From an uncultured delta proteobacterium (GTDB lineage: Bacteria; Desulfobacterota; Desulfomonilia; UBA1062): a DNA stretch of 64,000 nucleotides. Shown here piece by piece: positions 10,434-21,325 of this stretch. The stretch covers positions 1-64,000 of the forward strand of contig CAVVYZ010000001.1 of the NCBI GenBank assembly GCA_963752595.1. The letters run 5' to 3'. Each line of letters begins with the position of its first letter. The first letter of the stretch is position 1. The notes beneath the pieces were generated by a model. It searched no databases, was not told where the DNA came from, and was given only the letters and a program-made list of their open reading frames with translations. Both the position numbers and the translations under genes were made by a program.

Positions 10434-10856
10434 ATGAAGAAAGAGCTGATTATCCTCCAGATAGGCAGGATACGGGACAAGGCGAACAGCTTTCTGGCCG
10501 GAGAGCTTGCCCGGCGCAATCTGAAGGGGATAGCGCCATCCCATGGAGACATCCTCTGGGCATTGTTCACCCATGGCGATCTTCCCATGAAGAAACTTGC
10601 AGAGATCATCAATAGGGATAAATCCACGATCACGGCCCTGGTGAACAAGCTCATCGAGTTCGGGTATGTCGGACGAAAAACCCATGAATCCGATCTCCGC
10701 AGCAATATTATCTCTCTGACGGAAAAGGGAAAGGCCGTGCAGAAGGATTTCCGGCAGGTGTCGGATTCCTTAAGGAAGAAGGCATACCAGGGATTGACTG
10801 ATGAGGAGATGGAGACCCTCATGCGGCTGCTTACCAGGGTCCACGACAACCTGTAA
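10434..10856 (+). CDS. MarR family transcriptional regulator
   Basis: SHGDILWAL, LAEIINRDKSTITALVNKLIEFGYV, DLRSNIISLTEKG. Confidence 0.92.
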   Translation: MKKELIILQIGRIRDKANSFLAGELARRNLKGIAPSHGDILWALFTHGDLPMKKLAEIINRDKSTITALVNKLIEFGYVGRKTHESDLRSNIISLTEKGKAVQKDFRQVSDSLRKKAYQGLTDEEMETLMRLLTRVHDNL

Positions 10857-10976
10857 AAATATTATATTATTGGTTTGGCATCACCGGAGTGAAGTGCGGA
10901 GGCTGGGGGCACATCGTGATGGAAATCAGGGTTGAAGATCGCATAAAGGCAAATCGGGCAAAGTGAGGTTAATTGT

Positions 10977-11384
10977 ATGATGATGACAAAGGAACAAGCC
11001 AGGGAATTCGCATCGCAGTGGCTGCCTGCATGGACCGGGAACAATCCGGAAAAGCTGGCTGCCTTTTATTCCGATGACGCTCTGTACCTCGACCCGGTCA
11101 TACCCCGGGGCCTCAAGGGGAAGGATGCATTGATGAAGTACTTCCGCAAGCTCCTTGCCGCCAACCCTGAATGGGTATGGACACAGATCGAGCCCATCCC
11201 GATGGAGGACGGCTTCCTGAACAAGTGGCTTGCGAAAATCCCTGTCGGGCCCAAGGTGATCGAATGCATCGGCGTTTGTTTTGTGCAGTTTAACGATCAG
11301 GGAAAAATCAGACGCAATGAAGTCTATTTTGACAGGCACGAATTAGTTTCCGAAATCCTGAAATATTCAGAGAAAATAGAATGA
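10977..11384 (+). CDS. SnoaL-like / NTF2 family protein
   Basis: WLPAWTG...FYSDDALYLDP...GKDALMKYF, and GKIRRNEVYFD. Confidence 0.85.
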   Translation: MMMTKEQAREFASQWLPAWTGNNPEKLAAFYSDDALYLDPVIPRGLKGKDALMKYFRKLLAANPEWVWTQIEPIPMEDGFLNKWLAKIPVGPKVIECIGVCFVQFNDQGKIRRNEVYFDRHELVSEILKYSEKIE

Positions 11385-11488
11385 GAGTTTCATGATCGCC
11401 TGGGACCTTGCAGGCACTGCAAAGAGCGTCCTTTAGTAAATCAAAAAACTCCGGGGGCCGGATCTCGACAAGGGATAACGGCAAGCTG

Positions 11489-13263
11489 TCAGCCGGGCAC
11501 GATCGACTCCGGCATGTCGATGAGTCTGGCGCGCAGGTATTCGCCCAGGGTTTTGGCCTGTGGGTCGAGGCGGAGCGATGCGGCGGCGCCTTCGCCAAGG
11601 ATGCCCCTGATGTAAAAGTTCACGGCCAGCAGATTGGGCAGCTCACAGCGCTCGATGCCGTAGTCATGGAGGTCTTTGAGAAGATCCTTAAGCCTTTCCG
11701 TGGTCAGGAACTCCTTCAGGAAGGAATAAGCCTCCGGCGTCTTTGCCCACACCCCGAGATTGGCGTTTCCCCCCTTGTCTCCTGACCTGGTTGCAAACAC
11801 CCGTCCGAAGGGCATCCGGACGGTTCTGCCACCCGGAACAACGGGGATATCCGTCTCCGGGGTCTCGATGGCAGGAAAGCCGGCCACAGGCTGTACGCAG
11901 TTCACCGTGAATTCCCGGTCTTCGACCGTCACCTTCTGGCTGATGCATGAGCTTGAAACCAGAGCCGGCCAGTACACGATAGCAGGGGTGCCCTTTGCAG
12001 GCGGGGCGGTGCCTGCAAAGCCGGGAATGTTGGCCAGGGCGAGCTCCACCATCTTCGACGATATCTTGTCCACCTTCTTCTGGTCCGGGTCGATCACCGT
12101 GATGCGCAGGTAGGCAAACGCCTCCTCGTTCGTGGCAGGGTCTTCCTTGTCGGATCGGATGAGCTGGATATCTGCCTTCTGGAACTGCTCCCTGCCACCC
12201 AGCGCATCGAAGAGGGTCTCTTCGAGAATGCGCGCCTTTTTCTCGATATCGAGGCCGGTGAGGATCACGGTCATGGAGTTGCGGTAGCCGCCGAGCGTGT
12301 TGATGCAGACCTTGGCCGTAGCGGTGGGCGGTTCGCCCTTCACTCCCTGCACCAGCACCCGGTCGGGGCCCTGTCGAGAGATCCTGATGGTGTCGAAGCG
12401 GGCTACCAGGTCAGGAGTCAGATAGCGCTCGTCACCGATCTCATAGAGAAGCTGGGCTTTGACCGTGTCCACTGAAACGAGGCCGCCGGTGCCCGGATGC
12501 TTGGTGATGACGAAGGAACCGTCGTCATGGATCTCGGCAATAGGGAAGCCAACCTTCTTAAAGCTCGGGACCTCTTCGATAAAGGAATAGTTGCCCCCTG
12601 TAGCCTGGGCGCCGCACTCGATGATATGCCCGGCCGTGGTTGCGCCTGCAAGCCTGTCCCAGTCATCCTGCTTCCAGCCGTGCCACCAGGCCGCAGGTCC
12701 GACCACGAGCGAAGCGTCCGCGATGCGTCCGCCCACCACGATATCCGCGCCCTCTTCGAGAGCCTTCACGATGCCCCAGCACCCCAGGTAGGCATTTGCG
12801 GAGATCGTAATGGCCTTGGAGTCTTCGGAGCGCAATGCCCTTGTCCAGGTGAATGAACTCTTCCCCGGCAGCCTGGAGGTCACCCAGGCGGGCCATGAGA
12901 TCGTCCCCCTCGATGTAGGCGATCTTAGGATGAAGGCCCAGCTCGGTTGCGATGCGCCCGAGCTCTGCAGCCAGGCCTTTCGGGTTCAGGCCGCCCGCAT
13001 TCGATACCACGCGGATCTTTTTGTCGAGGCATTCGCCCATGATCCTGTTCCATCTGCCTCAGGAAGGTCGGGACATAGCCGCCGTTCGGGTCTTTCATCT
13101 TTGTCCTGAAGAGGATGGCCATGGTCAACTCGGCAAGGTAATCGCCGGTGAGAAAATCGATGGGGCCTCCCTGCACCATCTCCTTGGCGGCGCTCAGCCG
13201 GTCTCCGAAGAATCCGCTGCAGTTCGCGATAATGACCTTGTCTTTGCCGGTTCTTTCGTTCAT
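11489..13263 (-). CDS. atuA: AtuA-family acyclic terpene utilisation protein (reading frame broken by indels)
   Basis: IANCSGFFGDR, DFLTGDYLAELTMAIL, VVSNAGGLNP, ANAYLGCWGI, GHIIECGAQATGGNY, RSGDKGGNANLGVW, DPQAKTLGEYLR. The motifs span three frames, with shifts near 13040 and 12830. Confidence 0.85.
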
Positions 13264-13274
13264 GCCATCCTCCT

Positions 13275-14046
13275 TCACTTGCCTTTGAAAACCGGCGTCC
13301 GCTTTTCGATGAAGGCCGTGATGCCTTCCCGGGCATCTTCGGTCGAAGCCACCTCCACCAGCTTAGCCGAAAGGAAATCCAGGGCCTCAGTAAGCGTCAT
13401 GCTTTCCGCCGCGTTGAATGCCTGTTTCCCGATCTTCATGCCGATGGGGCTCTTGGAGGCAAGACTTTTCAGAACAGCTTCAACCACGCCTTCGAGCTCC
13501 CCTGCAGGTACCACCCTGGTGACCAGGCCCATGGCAAGCGCATCCTGTGCGTCTAGCCGTCGCCCAGCAGGATCATCTCCATGGCCTTTTTCCTGCGGCA
13601 CGTTGCGGAAGATGAGCGCGCCGATCATCATGGGCCACAGGCCCACATTGACCTCGGGCGTGCCGAACCGGGAGTCGTCGCTGGCGATGACGATGTCGCA
13701 GGCGAGCATGAAGCCCATGCCTCCTGCCAGGCAGTATCCTTTCACCCGGGCAACCGTGGGCTTCGGGAAACGTCGCGAGGCGTTTCAGGAGCTGTGCATA
13801 GCTCGCAAAGGTCTTCTTCCCTTCGGCAGATATGCCGTCGCCCAGCTGGGCGCCCGTGCAGAAGGCCTTGTCCCCTGCCCCGGTGATCAGGACCGCCCTG
13901 ACGTCGCAGTCGTTCTCGGCCCTGTCCAGATACTCCAGGAAAAGCGCGATGGCCTCAGGGGTGATGGCATTTCTCTGCTGCTCACGGTTGATCGTGATCC
14001 AGGCCACATTATTTTCCACATGGTAGAGAAGGTGCTCATCCGCCAT
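13275..14046 (-). CDS. Enoyl-CoA hydratase/isomerase (frameshifted)
   Basis: ITINREQQRNAI, LITGAGDKAFCTGA, GYCLAGGMGFMLACDIVIA, FGTPEVNVGL, DAREGITAFIEKRTPVFKGK, split across frames. Confidence 0.85.
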
Positions 14047-14068
14047 TTTTTAAGCTCTCCTTTTACGC

Positions 14069-14587
14069 TCAGGCCGCTGATTTCTCATCCTGCTCGATGT
14101 CCACGAGGATCTGGCCCGGGCATGACCTTGTCGCCCTCGGCGACATTGATCTTGATAACCTTACCCGTAAACGGCGCCTGGATAGTCGTCTCCATCTTCA
14201 TGGCCGAGACCACGACGACACCCTGGCCTTTCTCCACCGGGTCGCCCTCGGTCACCAGGATGCGCACGACCACCGAGGGCATGGGCGGGGTGACCTCCTG
14301 GGGAAGCTCCTTGTGCCCACTCCTGCGGGTGCTTGCCCCGGCAAGGGCATCGGCATCCTGGACCGCGTAGGTGGTGCCGTCGATATTGATGAGCTTGCCT
14401 CGCGGATCATCTGCCAGAAAGACATTCGCACAGACGCCGTCCACCTCCAGGTGGATCCGGTTCTCCGAGACGATGCGGTAAAGGGCCTTGACGTTCCTTC
14501 CGCCGATCGTTGCGGTCACGATGCCTTCTTCCTGCAGATCGGCCTCGACGGGAATATCCTGTCCGGCGATCTTCAGGTATAGTTCAT
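14069..14587 (-). CDS. Biotin carboxyl carrier subunit (frameshifted at both ends)
   Basis: PPMPSVVVRILV, SAMKMETTIQAP (biotinylation MKM motif). Ends were reconstructed across single-base shifts. Confidence 0.8.
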
Positions 14588-14611
14588 ATCATATCTCCGT
14601 CATGAGCCGTG

Positions 14612-16107
14612 CTACGGCCGGAAGTGGCCCAGTGTCTGCCATGGCGAGCAGGCTTCGATTTCGGCTGACAGCTGCGGCTGCCTGCTGCTTCCGGTTCGCC
14701 ATGGCATCGACCACGTATGCCAGCGCTAGAGGTCCGTATCCGTCATCGTTGGGCTGCCAGGCAGCTGAAATGGGTGTCGATGAAGTCGGTGTATGTCTCC
14801 CCTTTTGAAGGCCTCCGATGAGAGGATGTCGACGAGGAACGGGATGGGGGTCAGCACGCCCAGGATCACGTAGTCTTCAGCGCCCTGATCATCCGGCTGA
14901 TGCACTCCTGCCTGCTGCCCGCATGGACGATCAGCTTCGAGAGGATGGGGTCGTACTCCACGGGCACGGTGATAGCCCGAATAGACGCCGCTGTCGTTCC
15001 TGATGCCCGGGCCCCTGGGCTCCTTGACAAAATGGATCTTGCCCGGTGACGGCATGAAGGCGTTCAAGGGATCTTCCGCATAGATGCGGCATTCGATGGC
15101 ATGGCCGCGGCCCACGATATCGTCCTGGGAGAGCTTCAGGGGTTTCCCGCGGCGATCTCGATCTGCTGGCGCACCAGGTCGATGCCGGTGATCATCTCGG
15201 TGATGGGGTGCTCCACCTGGAGGCGGGTGTTGACCTCGAGAAAATAGAACTTGCCCGCTGCGTCGAGCAGGAACTCCACGGTTCCGGCATTCACATAGCC
15301 CGCAGCCCTGGCCGCGGCCACGGCCGCCTTCCCATGCGTCTTCCTGAGCGCGGGGTCAGCGCCGGAGAGGGCGTCTCCTCGATGATCTTCTGGTGCCGTG
15401 CTCTGGATGGAGCATTCCCGCTCCAGCAGGTGGATCACGTTTCCGTGCATGTCGGCCAGGATCTGGAACTCCACGTGCCGGGGCTTTTCGAGATATTTTT
15501 CCAGGTAGATGTCCCCGTTGCCGAAGGCGCTCTTGGCCTCGCTGGATGCCGAGACGCAGGCCTCCCTGAAATCTTCCGGCGACCGCACGACCCGCATGCC
15601 CTTGCCGCCGCCGCCTGCCGCGGCCTTGATGAGGACCGGGTAGCCGATCTTCTCCGCCTCGCGGGCCAGGATATCGGGTCCGCCTCGGGCTCGCATCATG
15701 CCCGGAATGACGGGCACGCCGCTTCCGATCATGGTCCGCCGTGCCACGGTCTTGTCTCCCAGATCGCGGATGGCCCTGGCCGGGGGGCCGATGAAGATCA
15801 TGCCTTCCTGCTCGCACCGCTCGGCAAAGAGGGGATTTTCCGCCAGGAACCCGTAGCCGGGGTGGATGGCCTGGGCCCCGGTCTGTTTGGCCGCCGCAAT
15901 GATCTTGTCCATGTTGAGGTAGCTTTCCGCAGGCTCGGAAGCTCCCAGGCAGACGGCCTGGTCGGCTTCGAGGACATGCAGGGCGTCCCGGTCCGCCTCG
16001 GAATAGACTGCCACGGTCCTGATGCCCATTTCCCGGCAGGTGGCGATGATGCGCACGGCAATTTCGCCCCGGTTGGCGATGAGTATCTTGTCGAACATGG
16101 TCATCAT
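14612..16107 (-). CDS. Biotin carboxylase subunit of an acyl-CoA carboxylase (frameshifted)
   Basis: [72 protein letters not shown]. Confidence 0.88.
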
Positions 16108-16139
16108 CTTCCTTTGCACACTATTCCTTTTGTCATACA

Positions 16140-17760
16140 CTACATCCTGAATATCCCGAAGCCCGGCACATCGTCCCGGATGGGCGCATTCAGCGCGGCC
16201 GAGATGGCAAGCCCCAGGACGTTCCGGGTATCCGCCGGGTCGAGGATGCCGTCGTCCCAGAGGTTCGACGTGCTGTAGTAGGCATCGCCTTCCTTTTTGG
16301 CCGCCTCGACGATGGGCATGCGGATGAGCGTCCTCCTCCTCCGTGGTCATGGGCGGCAGGCCCGCCTTGGCGTTCTGGTCGTTCTTCAGGGTGATCAGCA
16401 CGCCGGCGGCCTGCTCGCCGCCCATGACCCCGATCTGGGCGTTGGGCCACATCCAGAGGAAGCGCGGGGAATAGGCCCGGCCGCACATCCCGTAGTTGCC
16501 CGCCCCGAAGGATGCGCCCACGATGACCGTGAACTTCGGGACCGTGCAGGTGGAGACGGCATTGACCATCTTGTGCCCGTCCTTGGTGATACCCGAGCCG
16601 CTCGTACTCCCTGCCGATGATGTAGCCGTTGATGTTCTGCAGGAAGACCAGCGGGATCTTCCGCCGGTCGCAGATCTGGATGAACTGGGTGGCCTTGAGC
16701 GCGCTGTCGGAGAAGAGGATGCCGTTGTTCCCCAGGATGCCCACGGGATAGCCGTGGATATAGGCGAACCCGCAGACCAGCGTCGGCCCGTAGAGCTCCT
16801 TGAACTCCAGGAACTCGCTGCCGTCCACGATGCGCGCGATGATCTCCCGGCAGTCATAGGGCACCTTCAGGTCCCGGCTCACGATCCCGTAGATCTCCTT
16901 GGGGTCGTAGAGGGGCGGCTTGGGCTCCCGCATGGTGAGCCGTGCCTTCTCGTTCTTCGGCAAGGCCTCCGACGATCTTGCGGACGATCGAGATGGCATG
17001 GGCATCGTCCTCGGCGAAATAGTCCGAGACGCCGGACTCGATGCAGTGCACCTCGGCCCCGCCGAGCTGATCGGCGGTCACCTCTTCGCCGGTGGCCGCC
17101 TTGACCAGGGGCGGCCCGCCCAGGAAGATGGCGCCCGTTCCCTTGACATGGACGACCTCGTCGGACATGGCGGGGACATACGCGCCGCCTGCCGTGCAGA
17201 GCCCCATGACCGCCGTGATCTGGGGGATGCCCATCTTGGAGATGACGGCCTGGTTGTAGAAGATCCTGCCGCCGTCGTCGATATCCGGGAAGATCTCCGA
17301 TTGCATGGGCAGGTATGCCCCGGCCGAATCGAGCAGGTTGACCATGGGCAGGCGGTTTTCCATGCAGATGGTCTGGCAGCGCAGGTTCTTCTTCACGCCC
17401 ATGGGGTAGACCGCCCCGCCCTTGATCATGGCGTCGCTGGCGATGACCAGCACCTCGTGCCCCTCCACGATGCCGATGCCGGCACACCAGCCCGGCCCCA
17501 TGGACCTTGCCGTCATACATGCCCCTGGCGGCCAGGGGCGCGATCTCCAGAAACGGGGTATTCCTGTCCAGGAGCAGATCGAGCTTCTTGCGCACCGGCA
17601 TCTTGCCCTGGGCGGCCAGGCGGTCGATGTCCTTCTGGGGGCGTTCCTCCCTGGCCTTTTTCAGTTCCTGCTTGAGGTCCGCCACCAGGGCTTCCATGGC
17701 CTCATAATTTTTCCTGTACTCTTCGGAGTCTGTGTCGATCCTGGTTTCGATGACATCCAT
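16140..17760 (-). CDS. Carboxyltransferase subunit, methylcrotonyl/geranyl-CoA carboxylase type (frameshifted)
   Basis: [72 protein letters not shown]-terminal GFGIFRM. Confidence 0.88.
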
Positions 17761-17816
17761 CGTACGTTCACCTTTGATCAAAGATTCCCGTCAGCCTGCT
17801 GCCGGGTACCTCATTT

Positions 17817-18986
17817 TTACGCCTGAAGAAACCTGTCCAGCTCGTTTTTGGCGATCAAGTGCCCGCTGCATCTCCGATGTGCCCTCGCAGATCTCCCCGA
17901 ACTTGGCATCGCGGTAGAGCCTCTCCATGTCGCTCCCCGCAAGGTACCCATGGCCGGCAAAGATCTGCATGCCCCAGTCGGCGATCTTTGTTACCGCCTC
18001 ACTGGCAAAGAGCTTCGCGCACGCAGCCAGGACTCCGGCCTCCTGCTCTCCGGTGTTGATCGCCCAGGCAGCCCGCAGGGCCAGCATCCGCCCCAGATCG
18101 TTGATAGGTGAACATGTCCGCCAGCTTGAAGCCCACGTCCTGATACAGGCCGATGCGGCCTGCCGAAGGCGGTCCTGGCTCTTGGCATGGCTCGTGGAGA
18201 TCTCCATGCAGGCGTTCCCGATCCCGACGCACAGAGCGCGCGATGCCGACCGTGCCCATGGTCAGGATGCGGTCTACCTGTTCGTATCCTTTCCCGGCGA
18301 CGCCCCCCAGGATGCCCGAGGCCGGCAGTTATACAGGGATACGGCCGCGATGGGAACGCCCCGCAGACCCATGGTCTCGACGGGGTCGGCTATCTTCAGA
18401 CCTTCGGCGCCTTTTTCCACGATGAAGATGCTCATGCCTCTTTCGGCGCCGGCGTCTTTGTCACGTGTAGGCAAGGACCAGGATCACATCCGCTATGGGC
18501 GCGTTGACCACGATATCCTTTGTCGCCGCTGAGCAGCCACGCGTCGCCGTCTTTGCGGGCGGCCGTCGTGATCGCCGCCAGGTCCGAGCCGGCCTGGTCT
18601 TCCGAGTAGGCAAGGGCGCCCACCATGCTCCGCCTTCAGGAGGGCGGGGATATATTGCTGCTTTCTGCTCCGGCGTGCCGAACAGCCTCAATGCCCCGGC
18701 GCACAGGAAGGTGCTCGCCCGGGCGCTCAGATAGGTGGCCGGGCAGGCCTTTGCGATCACTTCGCCCGCCAGGTAGATCGTCGACCAGATCCATGGCATC
18801 GCCTGCCTGGCCCGCCTCCAGCCAGCCGCCCTGGGCCAGCATCTGCAGGTTTCCCTCATGTACGCGCCCGCCTCTTCGCGCGTGCAGCCGATCGAGCATC
18901 TTCGCCCTGGGCGCGATCTCGGCCTGGCAGAAAGCGGCCAGATCCTGCTGCAGCTTCACCTCTTCCGGAGAAAGCTGATAATCCAT
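17817..18986 (-). CDS. Acyl-CoA dehydrogenase (multiple frameshifts)
   Basis: MDYQLSPEE, ALAYSEDQAGSDL, CAKLFASE, MQIFAGHGY, RLYRDAKFGEICEGTSEMQR. Confidence 0.8.
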
Positions 18987-19012
18987 CTGCTTTCACCTCC
19001 TTTCACAGCCAA

Positions 19013-20166
19013 TTACATCATCATGATCCTGGACACGATCATGCGCATGATATCCGATGTGCCCCCGCCGATGGCCGCCAGCTTGGAATCGCGGAAGTTT
19101 CTCTCCACCGGGTACTCATGCATGAAGCCGTATCCGCCGAAGATCTGCACGGCCTCCGACGCCATCTCGAATCCCCGGTCGCCCGGCATAGACCTTGCTG
19201 ACTGCCGCCTGCAGAGGGTTGAGCATCTGGCCCGTTGTCCTTGGCCGAGGCAACCCGGTAAATGGCGAGCCGTGACGGCCTCGATAAAGACCTTCATATC
19301 GGCGATCCGGTGCTGGATGGCCTGGAAGCTCCGGATGGGGCGGTTGAACTGGTGCCGCTCGTTGGCATAGCGGGCGCACAGCATCCAGGTTGTTGAGCGC
19401 CGCGCCCAGCATGGGCGAGAGCAGGGTGCAGCGGTCCCACTCGACGCCGCTGAGCGCGATGAACCAGCCCTTGCCCTCGCCGGCCAGACATTTTCCTCCG
19501 GGACTTCGCAGTCTTCGAAAAAGACCTCCGAGGTGGCGGAGCACTTGCACCCCATCTTGTGGAAGGGTTTGCCGGTCGAAAGCCCGGGGGTTCCCTTTTC
19601 GATGATGAAGGCGGTGATGCCCTCGTGCTTTTTCGACGCGGTCCACATTGGCAAACACGACGAAGACATCCGCCACCGGGGCATTGGTGATGAAGGTCTT
19701 CGAGCCGTTGAGGATATACCGGTCGCCCTTCTTCACCGCCGTGGTCCTCAGGGAGGCGGCATCCGAACCGGAGCCCGGCTCGGTGAGCCCCATGCAGCCG
19801 ATCCACTCGCCCGATGCGAGCCTGGGGACATACTTTTTCTTCTGCTCCTCGGTGCCGAAATCAAAGATGTTATGGGCGCACAGGTAGGTATGGGCGCCCC
19901 AGGCAAGCAGGCTGCCGCCGTCCACCCCCGCATGCCCCAGGGCCTCTCCGGCCAGGCAGCAGGTGACGATGTCCGCCCCCGACCCGCCCAGTTCCTCGGG
20001 AAAGGGCAGCCCCAGTATCCGCATGAGCGCCGAGCTTGTTCCAGATCTCGAAGCTGAACTCACCCCTGAGATCGGCTTCTTCGCAGAGAGGGGCGATCTC
20101 TTCTCTGCCGTAGCGGAAGACGGTTTCCCTGAACATCTTCTGTTCCTGCGTGAGGGAAAAATCCAT
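19013..20166 (-). CDS. Acyl-CoA dehydrogenase, isovaleryl/citronellyl-CoA type (multiple frameshifts)
   Basis: MDFSLTQEQ, CMGLTEPGSGSDA, ILNGSKTFITNAP, FQAIQHRIADM, QIFGGYGFMHEYPVER, IGGGTSDIMR. Confidence 0.85.
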
Positions 20167-20207
20167 GGATAACCTCCCTATTCGCAATAAAAATACTATA
20201 AGTTAAT

Positions 20208-20364
20208 AATGCTACTGACAGTAATATTTAAACCATAGTTAACTTATTGTCAAGAGCATTGCGTGCAGTTTTCAGCTGACCGAGGTGTCAACCCGAGGTA
20301 TAATCCTCTATATTTTCTTACAATCTGCATCCATGGTGATGTATACTTAACTATCAGTAGCATT
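20208..20364. promoter_or_regulatory. Pair of inverted operator-like boxes in the divergent ACAD/TetR spacer
   Basis: AATGCTACTGACAGT (20208-20222) matches the reverse complement of 20350-20364 at 14/15. The first box contains the palindrome TACTG-A-CAGTA. Confidence 0.55.
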
Positions 20365-20411
20365 GCTACTTATGGTCACTTAGAGCGTTAATCCGAGGCA
20401 TGGAGAAAAAC

Positions 20412-21086
20412 ATGGATGCAGAAACATCAAGAAGTGATACAGGAAAGGAAAAAGAGAGAAAAGGACCAGCGCATCCAGGGCATCCTGCCGCCGCCAAAAA
20501 GGTTTTTTTCTCCAAAGGCTATCTGAAGACGACCATGGACGAGATCGCCTTTGAGGCACAGATCAGCAAACCCACCATATACCAGTACTTCAGGCACCAA
20601 GGACGAGCTCTACTCATCTCTCATGCTGCCCTTCCTGGAAGAGTTCGGCTCCCAGTTCGAACGCATCGAAAAGAAACTTCCGGCATGCAAATACGCTACA
20701 GGGCCGGCAAAAATCTGGTGAAGGACCTATTCAAGATCTTTTCTGCGAAAGCTACGAAAGGCGCCCGACTCCCTCAGGGTCGCCAACACCTTTTTCCAGC
20801 ACCAGGACCTCATCAATGAACTCAATGCGGAAACCCGCTCGGCCATCAGCAGCAGGGGCAAATACGATTTCGAGCTGGCCAGACGGGTTCTCGAATCGGC
20901 CGACACACCAGGGCCTGATCAGGGATGTCGACACTTCGCGCTCTCCGATATCATCTGGGGACTGCTCCTTGGCATAACCCAGGTCATGGACATGAAGGCC
21001 ACGAAGCGCTCCGGACCGGACAAGTATCTCAAGTCGACCTTGCAGAAGCGGAAAGGCTCATAGCGGATGCTATAGCCCTGAAATGA
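20412..21086 (+). CDS. TetR/AcrR family regulator (frameshifted; start approximate)
   Basis: AAAKKVFFSKGYLKTTMDEIAFEAQISKPTIYQYF helix-turn-helix. The remainder is readable only across indels. Confidence 0.8.
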
Positions 21087-21095
21087 TATGAACCA

Positions 21096-21114
21096 TCCCC
21101 GCATGGTGCGGGGA
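21096..21114 (+). terminator. Hairpin after tetR
   Basis: TCCCCGCA-TGG-TGCGGGGA, a perfect 8-bp stem 10 nt after the stop. No clear U-tract. Confidence 0.35.
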
Positions 21115-21325
21115 ATGAGCGGGCGGGCGCGCGAACGTGCGACAAAAAAACTGCGGGGAAAGCCGGCCGGGAAAATGACTTTGCAATGGGAGGATTCGGC
21201 CCGATCTCAGTGATCAACAGCCATGCTTGTCAACCATGAAATGTTGAGATCCTAAAACCCCTTCGCGTTTCGAACTTTGAAAGACAGAGCCTTCGAGGCC
21301 TGTTTTTGAAAAAGGAGGCGGCATT

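Noticed and set aside
12952-14370. Long + strand ORFs (this 472-aa one, and also 43405-44709 and 55649-56728) opposite real genes
   Set aside because: Antisense shadows expected in GC-rich coding DNA. No motifs.
15136-16857. 573-aa ORF suggesting a carboxyltransferase-biotin carboxylase fusion
   Set aside because: Artefact of frameshifts. The carboxyltransferase ends at GFGIFRM* (16140) and the carboxylase has its own start at 16107/16098.
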